Source: Sedimenticola sp.
GTDB taxonomy: Bacteria > Pseudomonadota > Gammaproteobacteria > Chromatiales > Chromatiaceae
Assembly (NCBI GenBank): GCA_026983675.1
Contig: JALSTP010000075.1
Coordinates: forward strand, 442-64,441
Reading direction: 5' to 3'
DNA: 64,000 nucleotides
This document shows positions 49,164 through 59,266 of the stretch, in pieces. Position 1 is the first letter of the stretch. Each line of letters opens with the position of its first letter. Position numbers and translations under genes: made by a program. The notes under the pieces were generated by a model, which was not told the origin of the DNA, did not search any database, and saw only the letters and a list, made by a program, of their open reading frames with translations.

Positions 49164-49200
49164 TTATTGACCCGGCAACAACACTGTATAGCGTATCCGG
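49164..49200. repeat. single arm related to the 18717-18858 inverted repeat
   Basis: TTATTGACCCGGCAACAACACTGTATAGCGTATCCGG vs TTATTAACCCGGCAACA---CTATATATCGCATTCAG: about 28 of 34 positions match, with a 3-nt indel. Confidence 0.6.
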
Positions 49201-49214
49201 CCGTATTTGCCCGC

Positions 49215-49574
49215 CTATTCCTCGTACTCCGAGGCCCGCCGTGCGTCGCCGTAGACCTTGTCCTTCGGATAACGCTTTGCATTGATGGCGATCTTGCGCT
49301 CCACGGCGTCGAGCAGGTCGATGTCGAGGCGTTCGGCAAAGCGCAGAAGATAGATGAGCACGTCTGCCGCTTCCATCGCCACCGCCTCCTTCTTTTCGGG
49401 GGGCAATTGGTACGCCTCCGTCTCGCCGAGCCACTGGAAATGCTCCACCAGTTCTGCGCATTCCGCGATCAGGGCCATGGAGAGGTTCTTCGGCGAATGG
49501 AACTGTTCCCAGTCGCGCTCGCGGGCGAATTCCCGCAATTGGTCGCTCAGTCGGTAGAAACGTTCTTTTGACAT
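49215..49574 (-). CDS. MazG-like nucleotide pyrophosphohydrolase
   Basis: FHSPKNLSMALIAECAELVEHFQW...EAADVLIYLLRFAERLDIDL (EExxE/D metal motifs). ATG 49574 is preceded by GGAGAGG. Confidence 0.8.
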   Translation of the reverse strand: MSKERFYRLSDQLREFARERDWEQFHSPKNLSMALIAECAELVEHFQWLGETEAYQLPPEKKEAVAMEAADVLIYLLRFAERLDIDLLDAVERKIAINAKRYPKDKVYGDARRASEYEE

Positions 49575-49588
49575 GGTGTGCCTCTCCG

Positions 49589-50548
49589 TCAATACCACAG
49601 GCCGGTCCGGTGCCAGCGTGGGGGAATGGGTTGCCTGGCCAGCGGTGAGCCGTGGGCGGGGGGCGTCTCCGGATCGAGCTGCCGGGGCTTGAATTCGCGT
49701 TCCTCCTTGAGTTCCATCAGGCGGCGGATGCGTTCCCGGGTTGGCGGATGCGTGCGCAGCAGCGAAGGGTCGGGCAGGCGTTGGCCGGGGAGGAACATGC
49801 TCTCCAGGATATGGCCCTGAAAGCGCTCCATCTTCTCCAGTGCGGCTGCGAGTGCATCCGGGTCGCCCGTCAGTTCGGCGGCGCCCAGGTCGGCATCGTA
49901 TTCACGGCTGCGTGACAGCGCCAGTTGGGCCAGGGCGCTCAGCGTCGGCGCGAAGATCAACACCAGGATGGGGAGCCAGCTGATGTGGTAGTTGCTCAAC
50001 ATCAGCAGCGGCAGGTTGACCAGCAGCAGCATCTGGCCAAGCAGCGAGAAGGTACTGGTCAGGCGGCTGGTGAGATCGGCGAAGGCCATGATCCGGGTGT
50101 CGTTGTTGACCACATGGCTGAGTTCGTGGGCCACCACTGCGCTCACCTCGCGCAGGCTGAGGCGCCGCAACAGTCCGTCCGAAAGCGCCACCGCCGCATT
50201 GCCGGGCCTGCCGGTACTGAAGGCGTTCATGACGTCGCTGGGGATATAATAGAGGGCGGGAGGCCGTTTCAATCCCGCCCGGCGGGCGAGCGCCCGCACC
50301 GTTTCGTGGAGCCGGGGGGCCGCGTCGGGCGGCAGGGGTTCCGCATTGAACATGCGCATGACCAGGGCGGGCGAGAGGGCAGGGCTGAACACGTAGCCGA
50401 CCAGCACCATCGCCAGCGCCAGCCAGGCCATCGTTTCTCCCCCCAGCACCCAGGCGAGATAGGCGCAAAGGGCCGACATCACTCCCACAAGAAGGATGGA
50501 TTGCAAGGTATTGCGCAGTTTGTGGGCGGCGATGCGGGACGGGGTCAC
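49589..50548 (-). CDS. M48 family zinc metalloprotease (HtpX-like)
   Basis: HELSHVVNND (HExxH), TM helices, REYDAD. The start is taken at GTG 50548 so it does not overlap murI; the track ORF reads further upstream. Confidence 0.8.
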   Translation of the reverse strand: MTPSRIAAHKLRNTLQSILLVGVMSALCAYLAWVLGGETMAWLALAMVLVGYVFSPALSPALVMRMFNAEPLPPDAAPRLHETVRALARRAGLKRPPALYYIPSDVMNAFSTGRPGNAAVALSDGLLRRLSLREVSAVVAHELSHVVNNDTRIMAFADLTSRLTSTFSLLGQMLLLVNLPLLMLSNYHISWLPILVLIFAPTLSALAQLALSRSREYDADLGAAELTGDPDALAAALEKMERFQGHILESMFLPGQRLPDPSLLRTHPPTRERIRRLMELKEEREFKPRQLDPETPPAHGSPLARQPIPPRWHRTGLWY

Positions 50549-50648
50549 GGTCTCTCCGTTGAAGGCAACTGGCAGAGAGTATAAAGCCTGCGCGCCCGGA
50601 GGTCGCGTCGCCGTTGCAAGGCCGGATGTGGGCGACGCGGAATCGCAT

Positions 50649-51470
50649 TCAGTCAGGAGCGCGGGGCGAAAGGGGCAGGGGGGGCTCGGGCAGGGCACGG
50701 AGGTCGACGGGGCCATCCCACAGGGCGCGCATCGTCGCCGTGCCCCGTTGCAGCTCACCGCTGCTCCAGAACAGGGTTTCGCCCTCGCCTCCAGGGGCGG
50801 GATCTCCGAGGCGCAACACCTCGCACAGACGCCGCGCCACTGCCTCGCCCGTGTCGATCAGGGTGACCCCCCTCCCCGCAATCTCCTCGATCATGGGCCG
50901 AAGAAAGGGGTAGTGGGTGCAGCCGAGCACGAGTGTATCCACACCTCGCTGCAGCAGAGGCTGCAGATAGCGGCTGAGCAGGCGGCGGGTCTTGAGGCTG
51001 GTGAGTTCCCCCCGCTCCACTTGCTCCACCAGGCCAGGGCACGGTTGTGTGAGCACCCGCCGCCGATCGTCGAAGCGGCGCAACAGGGCGGCGAAACGGG
51101 CGCTGGCGAGGGTTCCGCTGGTGGCGAGCACCCCCACCGCCCCCGAATGGGTGGCGGAGACCCCGGGCTTGATGGCGGGCTCCATGCCCACCACCGGGAG
51201 GGTGAGCCGATGGCGCAAGGGAATAACGGCGGCGGCGGTGGCGGTGTTGCAGGCCACCACCAATGCGTCGATCCCCTGGTTCAGCAGGAAATCGGCGATA
51301 TGAAAGGCGCGTTGGCGGATGAAGGACCGGCTGCGCTCGCCGTAGGGGGCGTGGCGGGAGTCGGCCACGTAGAGCAGCCGCGCCGCTGGCATCTGGCGGC
51401 GGATCTCGCGCAGCACCGAGAGGCCCCCCACGCCGGAGTCGAAGACCCCGACACTGACCGCTTCAGTCAT
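50649..51470 (-). CDS. murI: glutamate racemase
   Basis: [14 protein letters not shown]...VVACNTA...LGCTHYP. ATG 51470 overlaps the argH stop by 8 nt. Confidence 0.93.
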   Translation of the reverse strand: MTEAVSVGVFDSGVGGLSVLREIRRQMPAARLLYVADSRHAPYGERSRSFIRQRAFHIADFLLNQGIDALVVACNTATAAAVIPLRHRLTLPVVGMEPAIKPGVSATHSGAVGVLATSGTLASARFAALLRRFDDRRRVLTQPCPGLVEQVERGELTSLKTRRLLSRYLQPLLQRGVDTLVLGCTHYPFLRPMIEEIAGRGVTLIDTGEAVARRLCEVLRLGDPAPGGEGETLFWSSGELQRGTATMRALWDGPVDLRALPEPPLPLSPRAPD

Positions 51471-52857
51471 CGACCCGCTGGCGGGCCCGGGCGATGGCGG
51501 CGCGCACCTGGCCGGGAGCCGTGCCACCCAGGTGATTGCGGGCGGCCACCGATCCCTCCAGGGTCAGCACCTCAAACACCTCCGTGTCGATCGCCTCGGA
51601 GAACCGGCGCAGCTCCTCCAGCGTCAAATCCGCCAGATCCTTTTCCTGATCGATGCAATAGGCCACGGCCTTGCCCACCACCTCGTGGGCGTCGCGGAAG
51701 GGGGTTCCCTTCCGCACCAGGTAGTCGGCCAGATCGGTGGCGGTGGCGAAACCCTTGAGGGCGGCGGTGCGCATCATGTCGGGACGGCAGGTGATGGCGG
51801 GCACCATGTCGGCGAAGATCTTGAGCGACCCGCGCAGGCTGTCCACGGTGTCGAACAATGGCTCCTTGTCCTCCTGGTTGTCCTTGTTGTAGGCCAGTGG
51901 CTGGGCCTTCATCAGGGTGAGCAGGGCCATCAGGTGGCCGAACACCCGCCCGCTCTTGCCGCGTACCAGTTCCGGCACGTCGGGGTTCTTCTTCTGCGGC
52001 ATGATGGAGGAGCCGGTGCAGAACGCGTCCGCAAGTTCGATGAAGCCGAACTGGGCGGAGGACCAGATCACCAGTTCCTCCGACATGCGCGACAGATGCA
52101 TCATGACCAGCGCGGCGGCGGAGGTGAACTCGATGGCGAAATCGCGGTCGCTCACCGCGTCGAGGGAGTTCTCCATCGGTGCGTCGAAACCGAGCAGCTC
52201 CGCGGTGTATGCGCGGTCGATGGGGAAGGTGGTGCCGGCCAGCGCCGCCGCACCCAGTGGCATCCGGTTGAGCCGCCGGCGGCAGTCGGCCATTCGGCCG
52301 TGGTCGCGGTCGAGCATCTCGAACCAGGCCATCATATGGTGACCGAAGGTGATGGGCTGCGCCGTTTGCAGGTGGGTGAATCCGGGCATCACCGTTTCTG
52401 CCTCGCGCTCCGCCAGATTCAGCAGCGCGCGTTGAAGGCGGCGGAGCTCCGCGGCGATGGCGTCGATCTCGTCGCGCAGCCAGAGACGGATGTCGGTGGC
52501 CACCTGGTCGTTGCGCGAACGGCCGGTATGCAACTTTTTGCCCGCCTCGCCGATATCTCCCGTGAGCGCCGACTCGATGTTCATATGGACATCCTCCAGC
52601 GTCACCGACCAGGCGAAGTCACCGGCCTCGATGCGGTCGCGGATACGCTCCAATCCGGCCACGATGAGGTCGCGCTCCGCCTCGCTGAGGATGCCGCAAC
52701 GGGCCAGCATGGTGGCATGGGCGATGGAGCCGGCGATATCCTGCCGGTAGAGACGCCGGTCGAAGCCCACCGAGGCGGTGAACGCCTCCACGAAGGCATC
52801 GGTGGGCGCATTGAACCGGCCCGACCAGGGCTTTGCGGGGGGCTGTTGTTCGCTCAT
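51463..52857 (-). CDS. argH: argininosuccinate lyase
   Basis: [11 protein letters not shown]...[13 protein letters not shown]...[12 protein letters not shown]. Confidence 0.96.
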   Translation of the reverse strand: MSEQQPPAKPWSGRFNAPTDAFVEAFTASVGFDRRLYRQDIAGSIAHATMLARCGILSEAERDLIVAGLERIRDRIEAGDFAWSVTLEDVHMNIESALTGDIGEAGKKLHTGRSRNDQVATDIRLWLRDEIDAIAAELRRLQRALLNLAEREAETVMPGFTHLQTAQPITFGHHMMAWFEMLDRDHGRMADCRRRLNRMPLGAAALAGTTFPIDRAYTAELLGFDAPMENSLDAVSDRDFAIEFTSAAALVMMHLSRMSEELVIWSSAQFGFIELADAFCTGSSIMPQKKNPDVPELVRGKSGRVFGHLMALLTLMKAQPLAYNKDNQEDKEPLFDTVDSLRGSLKIFADMVPAITCRPDMMRTAALKGFATATDLADYLVRKGTPFRDAHEVVGKAVAYCIDQEKDLADLTLEELRRFSEAIDTEVFEVLTLEGSVAARNHLGGTAPGQVRAAIARARQRVDD

Positions 52858-52911
52858 GGGACGGGGTTCCTGCTGGACATGGATCGAGTGGCGCATTATA
52901 GCAATAAGGCG

Positions 52912-53961
52912 ATGAACGCAGTGCAGAAGCAACAAATCGAGTCACCGAAGGCGGGGCTGGTGCCGGACCTGTGCCGGTTGCCGGTACTGTTCGCCGTGGT
53001 GGTGGGGGCGGAGCTGCTGGCCATTGTGCTCACCCTCGGTGGGGGCCGGCCCTTCGACCGCTTCTGGCAGGACCTCAGCCTTCTCTCCCTGTACGTGCAG
53101 TGGATCGCCCTCGGCAGCGCCGGTGTCCTCTGTCTGCTACGCGGCTGGTTGCGCCGGCAGGGCGTGGCGTGGGCGGCACTGGTGGCCTGGTCGGTGGTGT
53201 TGGCGGTGACTGCGGCGGTGAGCGAGGCCGTCCACTATCTCGGTGTCTATCAGGGCCTGTCGCGTTTTGATCTGTTGCTGCGCAGCCTTGGCGTGAGCGC
53301 CGTGGTGGGGGTGTTCTTGGTCCACTACTTCCATCTCCACTACCGCTGGCGGCGTCAACTCATGGCGGAGCACGAGGCGCGCTTGCAGGCGCTGCAGTCG
53401 CGTATCCGCCCCCATTTCCTCTTCAACAGCATGAACACCATCGCCAGCCTGACCCGCACCGATCCGGCGTTGGCGGAAGAGGTGACCCAGGATCTCGCCG
53501 ATCTCTTTCGCACCTCCCTGAGTGATGCCCGCCGCCGCGCCACCCTGGGCGATGAACTGGACCTTGCACGCGGTTACCTCAACATCGAGCGCCAGCGTCT
53601 TGGCGATCGCCTGGAGGTGGTGTGGGAGGTGGACGGCCTGCCCCCGGAGGCGGTGCTGCCGCCACTCATCATGCAGCCGTTGCTGGAGAATGCCGTTTAT
53701 CATGGCATCGAGCCCAGCGCCGCGCCGGGCCGCATCACGCTCAGCGGCCGCTACCACAAGGGACGGGTCAGTCTCGCTATCCGCAACACCCTGCCCGAGG
53801 GCGGGGCGGAGCGCCAACGTCCTGGTAACCGCATGGCGCTCGACAACATCCGCCAGCGTCTGGCCGCCATGTTCGATGACAACGCCTCGCTGGTGGAGAG
53901 TTCGGCGGATGGGGAATATCAGGTTCGGCTCGTGTTTCCCCATCCCTGGAGGGCAGTATGA
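52912..53961 (+). CDS. algZ: LytS/AlgZ(FimS)-type sensor histidine kinase
   Basis: This is the C-terminal half of the 809-aa track ORF. It has 4 TM helices, then [20 protein letters not shown] (His_kinase PF06580-type) and [10 protein letters not shown]. It is divergent from argH, as I recall for Pseudomonas. ATG 52879 is an alternative start. Confidence 0.85.
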   Translation: MNAVQKQQIESPKAGLVPDLCRLPVLFAVVVGAELLAIVLTLGGGRPFDRFWQDLSLLSLYVQWIALGSAGVLCLLRGWLRRQGVAWAALVAWSVVLAVTAAVSEAVHYLGVYQGLSRFDLLLRSLGVSAVVGVFLVHYFHLHYRWRRQLMAEHEARLQALQSRIRPHFLFNSMNTIASLTRTDPALAEEVTQDLADLFRTSLSDARRRATLGDELDLARGYLNIERQRLGDRLEVVWEVDGLPPEAVLPPLIMQPLLENAVYHGIEPSAAPGRITLSGRYHKGRVSLAIRNTLPEGGAERQRPGNRMALDNIRQRLAAMFDDNASLVESSADGEYQVRLVFPHPWRAV

Positions 53962-54695
53962 ACATCCTCATCGCGGACGATGAACGGCTGGCGCGGGAAC
54001 GCCTGGCGGAGATGGTGGAGGCGTTGGAGGGCGACTATCGGGTGGCGGGTCTGGCGTCCAATGGCGAGGAGGCGGTGGCGGCGTGCCTGACGGGGACAGT
54101 GGATCTGGTGCTGATGGACATTCGCATGCCCGGCATGGACGGCATGGAGGCGGCGGCGCGGTTGGCGGAGATGGCCGCCCCGCCCGCAGTGATCTTCGTC
54201 ACCGCCTACGACGAGCACGCGCTGGAGGCCTTCGAGCATCAGGCGGTGGACTACCTGCTGAAGCCGGTGCGCCGCGAGCGCCTCGCGCGCGCGCTGGCCC
54301 GCGCCACTGTGCCCAACCGCGCCCAACTGGCAAAGATACCGGACGGCGAGCCGGAACGGCGCACCCACCTCAGCGCCTCCACCTCCAGCGGTGTTCGCCG
54401 CCTTCCGGTGGAGGCGGTGCTCTGCTTCCGCGCCGACAGCAAATATGTGGCAGCCTGCCATGCGGGGGGCGAACTGTTGTTGGAGGAGCCGCTCAAGGCG
54501 TTGGAGGAAGAGTTCGGTGACCTCTTCATCCGCATCCACCGCAGCGTTCTCGCCGCCCGCCGCCATGTGGAGGGCATGGAGAAGGCGGAAGAGGGGTGGC
54601 GGCTGCGCGTCCGCGGCCTGGCCGAGGGCCTGCCCATCAGCCGCCGCCACCTGCCCACCGTGCGCCGCTGGTTGCGCGACGGGCGGCGCGGCTGA
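53958..54695 (+). CDS. algR: LytTR-family response regulator AlgR
   Basis: REC (ILIADDERLARERL...DIRMPGMDG) plus LytTR (FRADSKYVAACHAGGELLLEEPLKALEEEF...FIRIHRS). Its start overlaps the kinase stop (ATGA). Confidence 0.9.
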   Translation: MNILIADDERLARERLAEMVEALEGDYRVAGLASNGEEAVAACLTGTVDLVLMDIRMPGMDGMEAAARLAEMAAPPAVIFVTAYDEHALEAFEHQAVDYLLKPVRRERLARALARATVPNRAQLAKIPDGEPERRTHLSASTSSGVRRLPVEAVLCFRADSKYVAACHAGGELLLEEPLKALEEEFGDLFIRIHRSVLAARRHVEGMEKAEEGWRLRVRGLAEGLPISRRHLPTVRRWLRDGRRG

Positions 54696-54773
54696 CCGGG
54701 ATGCCGCACACGACAGTCGCCGGGTCGGCCCGTGGTGGGGTTGGAGAGTCCCGCTTGGGGACGCAATGCGGGC

Positions 54774-55775
54774 TCAGTCGATGGTCAGTACGAGCTTGCC
54801 CTGCACATGTCCTGCCTCGATGCGGCGATGCGCCTCCGCCGCCTGCTCCAGCGGGAAAGTCTCGGTGACCTCGATGCGCAACCGCCCTGAGTTCGCCAAC
54901 TCGGCGCAGCGGCGCAGGATCTCGCCCTGGTGCTCCCGCGCCTCGGCCAGATCGTCGCGGAGCATGGGCGTCAGCATCAGCTCGAAGCCGATGCGCAGGT
55001 TGCGGTTGCGCGCCTCTTTCCAGCCCATCTCCGGCCCGGGGTCGAGCAGGGTCACCAGATCGCCGTAGTGAGCCACCGCCGCCTGGGTGCGGGCGAACAC
55101 TGCCGGCCCCACGGTGTCCAGCGCCACATCCGCGCCACGACCCGCGGTCCATTCCATCACCGCCTCGACGAAGTCGCCTTTCTCGTAGTCGATGGCGCGT
55201 TCGGCGCCCAGAGAGGTAACGAAGGCCGCTTTCCCGGCGCTGCTCACCGTGGCCGCCACGCGGGCCCCGGCCCAGCGGGCGAGCTGGACCGCCACGTGGC
55301 CGACCCCGCCGGCGCCGGCATGGATCAGCGCCGTCTGGCCGGTACCCAGCCGGGCGCGGTCGAACAGCGCTTCCCAGGCGGTAATCAATACCAGCGGCCC
55401 GGCCGCCGCTTGCATGAAATCCATCGACGCCGGCTTCGGCTGGGCGATGCGCTCCTCCAGCACCGCGTACTCGGCATAGGCGCCTGGCTCCCGCCCCAGA
55501 CCGCCGTGGCAGAACCAGACCGCATCGCCGGGCTGGTAGCGGGTGACGCCGTCGCCCACAGCCACCACCTCGCCGGCGCCGTCGCAACCGAGCACGGCGG
55601 GCAGGGCATCGTCGAAGAAGAGGCCGCGGGCGCGCAGCTTGGTGTCGATGGGGTTGACCCCAGCCGCGCGCAGGCGCACCTTGATCTGGGTCGGGGTCTT
55701 GATCTCCGGTTCCGGCAGGTCGACGGCTTCGAGCACCTCCGGACCGCCGGCGCGGGTCATCACTATGGCTTTCAT
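54774..55775 (-). CDS. zinc-type alcohol dehydrogenase/quinone oxidoreductase family (MDR) protein
   Basis: VRLRAAGVNPID...GCDGAGEVVAVG...IHAGAGGVGHVAVQLA. Confidence 0.85.
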   Translation of the reverse strand: MKAIVMTRAGGPEVLEAVDLPEPEIKTPTQIKVRLRAAGVNPIDTKLRARGLFFDDALPAVLGCDGAGEVVAVGDGVTRYQPGDAVWFCHGGLGREPGAYAEYAVLEERIAQPKPASMDFMQAAAGPLVLITAWEALFDRARLGTGQTALIHAGAGGVGHVAVQLARWAGARVAATVSSAGKAAFVTSLGAERAIDYEKGDFVEAVMEWTAGRGADVALDTVGPAVFARTQAAVAHYGDLVTLLDPGPEMGWKEARNRNLRIGFELMLTPMLRDDLAEAREHQGEILRRCAELANSGRLRIEVTETFPLEQAAEAHRRIEAGHVQGKLVLTID

Positions 55776-55852
55776 TGCGCAATACTCCTCTGCTGGGGAG
55801 GGCGTCGTAGAGCGACACCCTCCCGGGGGATCAGGTGCAACTGTCCGATATT

Positions 55853-56020
55853 CTAGCCCGGATTATTCATGAATCGCCGCGATGATTGCGCAGAGAATTG
55901 CCCGCACAGGGGATTTTCCGACCGAGTGGAATACGGGCTGTATTGCCGAGGAAGGAAAATTCCCTGTGTGGACAAGGATCAAGCAAGGGCGCGAGCGACT
56001 TCATGAATAATCCGGGCTAG
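55853..56020. mobile_element. two family-B MITE-like copies in head-to-head (inverted) arrangement, bounded by CTAG
   Basis: 55853-55939 has the same ends as 22575-22663 but a divergent middle. 55954-56020 is the exact reverse complement of 22575-22641. Confidence 0.8.
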
Positions 56021-56158
56021 CCCGCATTGCACACCACCGTTCATGGCGCGCCGATGAAAGGGTCTTGATGTTATCGAACCGGCACGATAGCGTTGGGGCT
56101 GGTGGTGTGTGGCCGGGCCTCCATGCCCATCGGGAATCGGCATGGCTTACCGGACGGG

Positions 56159-56767
56159 ATGGAGAAGGAGACGGGTGTGAACAGCAAGTTGGTGCGTATT
56201 GTTGCGGGGGTGCTGATCGTTGCAGCGGCCGCCTATTTTGGCGAGCAGCGGGTTGGCGGTCGCGGCGATGCGCCGGCCGCGCGGCCGGCGGCCACCCTCA
56301 ATCCGGCGATCGGCAGATCCACCGCCAGGACCGAGGCGCCGGCGCGGCTGCAGAAAGGCTGGAGCCGGACCCGCCCCGAGATCAACCTGACCCATGTCTT
56401 CTTCGGTGAGATCAACCGCAAGGGCAAACCGGTCGGTTTCCATTCGCGGCCTGGTGGACACGATCCCGCAAGCGCGCGGGTGGTGCGTATCCGGTCGGGT
56501 CCGAACAGGACCGGTGTCTATACCGCCGAGGTGGAGATCCGCGACCCCCGCAGTGGCGAATGGAAACGTAAGTTCTCCAGTATCTTCCCCGACCGGATGA
56601 ACCAGCGGCAGGTGATCGACGCCATTCTGCACGCGTACAATAATCGCAAGAAGGGCCGGGACACGCCTTGGGAGGGCCCCTCTGGGGAGGGCTTCCGTAT
56701 CCAGGGCTATGTCAGCCGCAAGGGCGGCATCAATACGGCCTTCCCGGTCTACCAGAGGGACAGATGA
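56159..56767 (+). CDS. membrane-anchored bacterial EndoU-like ribonuclease domain protein
   Basis: N-terminal TM helix LVRIVAGVLIVAAAAYF. The C-terminal domain has THVFFGEINRKGKPVGFHS, SSIFPDRMNQRQVIDAILHAYNN and GFRIQGYVSRKGGINTAFPVY, matching my recollection of the EndoU_bacteria (PF14436) pattern hIlxGD..GGH / FP..W....I / I.TAyP. Possible starts are ATG 56159 or GTG 56177; the track ORF opens at TTG 56093. Confidence 0.6.
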   Translation: MEKETGVNSKLVRIVAGVLIVAAAAYFGEQRVGGRGDAPAARPAATLNPAIGRSTARTEAPARLQKGWSRTRPEINLTHVFFGEINRKGKPVGFHSRPGGHDPASARVVRIRSGPNRTGVYTAEVEIRDPRSGEWKRKFSSIFPDRMNQRQVIDAILHAYNNRKKGRDTPWEGPSGEGFRIQGYVSRKGGINTAFPVYQRDR

Positions 56768-57087
56768 TGGTGCATTTCGAGTTCTATCGTGACGAGGAGG
56801 GCCTGCCCCGGGTGCGCGCGCCGAAGGGACATGAACTGGCGGCGACGTTTCTGGAGACCGATATGCAGGGCGATACGGCGTTGGCGGACGAGATCCTGGA
56901 GGGCGTGGCCTCCATTGCGGGGCGCGAGGCCGACCGCGGGGTCTTCGTGGGCAATGCCCACGTGGTGGAGGTGCGGCCCGACGAAGTCTGCATCGAGAGC
57001 GAGTTTGACGAGGACGCCGATATCTACCGGATGCCCACCGAGGCATTCACCCATTTACTGAAGCGCTGGCGGCGCTTCATTGATTGA
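56764..57087 (+). CDS. small acidic cytoplasmic protein, YacL/UPF0231-like (candidate cognate inhibitor)
   Basis: 107 aa: MMVHFEFYRDEEGLPRVRAPKGHE...DEILEG...EVRPDEVCIESEFDEDADIYRM. The ATG overlaps the upstream TGA (ATGA). The resemblance to E. coli YacL (MDYEFLRD..G..KVRMSMGHE...LLDEVE...EF..DE) is from memory only. Confidence 0.5.
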   Translation: MMVHFEFYRDEEGLPRVRAPKGHELAATFLETDMQGDTALADEILEGVASIAGREADRGVFVGNAHVVEVRPDEVCIESEFDEDADIYRMPTEAFTHLLKRWRRFID

Positions 57088-57099
57088 GGAGGCAGAGCG

Positions 57100-57687
57100 A
57101 TGGCGGAAAAGCGAATACTCATGCTGGTCGGTGACTATGTGGAGGACTACGAGGCCATGGTGCCGTACCAGATGCTGCTCATGGTGGGGCATCGGGTGGA
57201 CACCATCTGTCCAGGCAAAAAGCCGGGTGAGACGGTGCGCACCGCGGTCCACGACTTCGAGGGCGACCAGACCTACAGCGAGAAGCCCGGCCACAACTTT
57301 CACATCAACGAGGCCTTCGATCAGGTCGATCCGGATACCTACGACGCACTGGTGATCCCCGGTGGCCGGGCGCCGGAATACCTCCGGCTCGACCCGCGCG
57401 TGATCGAGATCGTGCAGCACTTCGCCAGACACGACAAACCCATCGCTGCCATCTGCCATGGCCAGCAGATCCTGGTGGCGGCCGGGGTGCTGGAAGGGCG
57501 GGAGTGTACCTCCTATCCGGCCGTCCGGCCCGATGTGGAACGGGCGGGGGCGCGCTGGTGCGAAGTGAACGAGACCTACTCCAATGCCTGCGTGGACGGG
57601 AATCTTGTCACCGCCCCGGCATGGCCCGCCCACCCCGAATGGATGGGGCGGTTCCTGAGGGTACTGGGCAGCCGGATCGAGGCCTGA
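57100..57687 (+). CDS. DJ-1/PfpI family protein (PfpI/YhbO-like)
   Basis: [13 protein letters not shown]...[12 protein letters not shown]...[11 protein letters not shown] (Cys-His nucleophile elbow). Confidence 0.88.
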   Translation: MAEKRILMLVGDYVEDYEAMVPYQMLLMVGHRVDTICPGKKPGETVRTAVHDFEGDQTYSEKPGHNFHINEAFDQVDPDTYDALVIPGGRAPEYLRLDPRVIEIVQHFARHDKPIAAICHGQQILVAAGVLEGRECTSYPAVRPDVERAGARWCEVNETYSNACVDGNLVTAPAWPAHPEWMGRFLRVLGSRIEA

Positions 57688-57691
57688 AGCC

Positions 57692-58156
57692 ATGGCTGGA
57701 GAGGCCGGCCGATTCACCATCACCCTGGAACAGACGGAACGCTATCGGTTCGACGTCCGCTTCGATCTGCCGGAGGCGGCGGACCTGCTGCTGGACGAGC
57801 CACCGCCGCTGGGGGAATCGGCCGGGCCCAATGCCGCCCGGCTGGTGGCCGCGGCGGCGGCCAACTGTCTCAGTGCCAGCCTCCTGTACTGTATCGCCCG
57901 GGACGACGTGCCCGCCGGCAGCGTCCGCGCCGAGGCGGAGTGCCGGCTGGTGCGCAACGAAAGGTCGCGGCTGCGCATCGGCGGCGTGCGCGTACGGATT
58001 ACCGTGGGCGACGAATTGCGGGCCTCCGTCCGCAGCAAACGCTGTCTCGACTTGTTCGAGGATTTCTGCGTGGTCACCGCCAGCCTGCGCGACGGCATTC
58101 CGGTGACGGTGGAGGTGGCGGACTCGTCGGGTGAGCTTCTGCATCGGGGAGAATAG
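57692..58156 (+). CDS. OsmC/Ohr family protein
   Basis: [22 protein letters not shown]...[12 protein letters not shown] (two conserved Cys regions of OsmC). Confidence 0.8.
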   Translation: MAGEAGRFTITLEQTERYRFDVRFDLPEAADLLLDEPPPLGESAGPNAARLVAAAAANCLSASLLYCIARDDVPAGSVRAEAECRLVRNERSRLRIGGVRVRITVGDELRASVRSKRCLDLFEDFCVVTASLRDGIPVTVEVADSSGELLHRGE

Positions 58157-58189
58157 GCCCCTTCGTCATGCACTCGAGGATGGTCCCCT

Positions 58190-59266
58190 ATGAGAACCGG
58201 TACGGCACGGCTTCCTCTCCACGGCGGCAAGGCCCCGCCCTGGTTGTTTCAGCGCATGGTCCGACTGGCGCGCGAGGTGGTGATCCACATCGTCGAGGAG
58301 TATGGTTCCGCAGAGGTCCTGGCGCGCCTCTCCGATCCCTACTGGTTCCAGGCCTTCGGCTGCGTGCTGGGTTTCGACTGGCACTCCAGCGGGGTGACCA
58401 CCACCACCTGTGGCGCCGTCAAGGCGGGCATCAAGGGACTGGAGTCGGACCTCGGCCTCTATGCCGCCGGTGGCAAGGGCGCCGCCTCCCGTCGCACTCC
58501 GGCCGAGATCGAGGCCCACTGCGAGCGGCTGGGTCATGATCCCGCCGCGCTGGTAAAGGCCTCGCGGCTCTCCGCCAAGGTGGACAACAGCGCAGTGCAG
58601 GACGGCTACCAGCTCTACCATCACTGTCTCTTCTTCACCCGCGACCTGGACTGGTGCGTGGTGCAGCAAGGGATGAACGACGCCGATGGCACTGCTCGCC
58701 GTTACCATTGGCTCGGCAGCGGGGTGGAAAGCTTCGTCAACGAGCCTCATGCGGCGGTCTGCTGCGACCGGCGCCGGCCAGCGCTCAACCTGGTCGCGGA
58801 GGAGAGCGGCGATGCGCGGGCGGCGATGACCGAACTCGCCGCCCGGCCAAACCGGGAGCTGTCACAGGTGGTGGCGCGTCTGCCGGAACTGGTGTTGCCG
58901 CGCCGCCATCCGGTGCGGCCGGAGGATGTGAATCCCCGCCATCTCCACCGCATCCTGCTCAAAACCTACGAACGGGCGCCGGCCGATTTCGAAGCCCTGC
59001 TTGGGATCCAGGGTGTCGGCCCCAAGGCCCTGCGGGCGCTCAGTCTGGTGGCCGAGCTGATCTACGGCCAGCCCGCCAGCACCCGAGACCCGGCCCGCTT
59101 CTCCTTTGCCCATGGTGGCAAGGACGGGACCCCCTATCCCGTTGACCGCACGGGATATGATCGTACCATCGAGGCCCTGAAGCGGGCAGTGGATCGCGCC
59201 ACGGTGGACCGCAGTGACCGGATCCGGGCCTTGAAGCGGCTTGCGCGTTTTCGGCCAGCGCCATGA
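58190..59266 (+). CDS. DUF763 domain protein with a C-terminal helix-hairpin-helix motif
   Basis: ARLPLHGGKAPPWLFQRMVRLAREV...DPYWFQAFGCVLGFDWHSSGVTTT (DUF763 N-terminus as I recall it). HhH: LLGIQGVGPKALRALSLVAELIYG. Confidence 0.7.
   Translation: MRTGTARLPLHGGKAPPWLFQRMVRLAREVVIHIVEEYGSAEVLARLSDPYWFQAFGCVLGFDWHSSGVTTTTCGAVKAGIKGLESDLGLYAAGGKGAASRRTPAEIEAHCERLGHDPAALVKASRLSAKVDNSAVQDGYQLYHHCLFFTRDLDWCVVQQGMNDADGTARRYHWLGSGVESFVNEPHAAVCCDRRRPALNLVAEESGDARAAMTELAARPNRELSQVVARLPELVLPRRHPVRPEDVNPRHLHRILLKTYERAPADFEALLGIQGVGPKALRALSLVAELIYGQPASTRDPARFSFAHGGKDGTPYPVDRTGYDRTIEALKRAVDRATVDRSDRIRALKRLARFRPAP

Noticed and set aside
51532-52911. The N-terminal 460 aa of the 809-aa plus-strand ORF that ends as the AlgZ-type kinase.
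   Set aside because: This part is antisense to argH and shows no kinase or sensor features. Homology to AlgZ/FimS starts near ATG 52912, so the long ORF is an upstream read-through.
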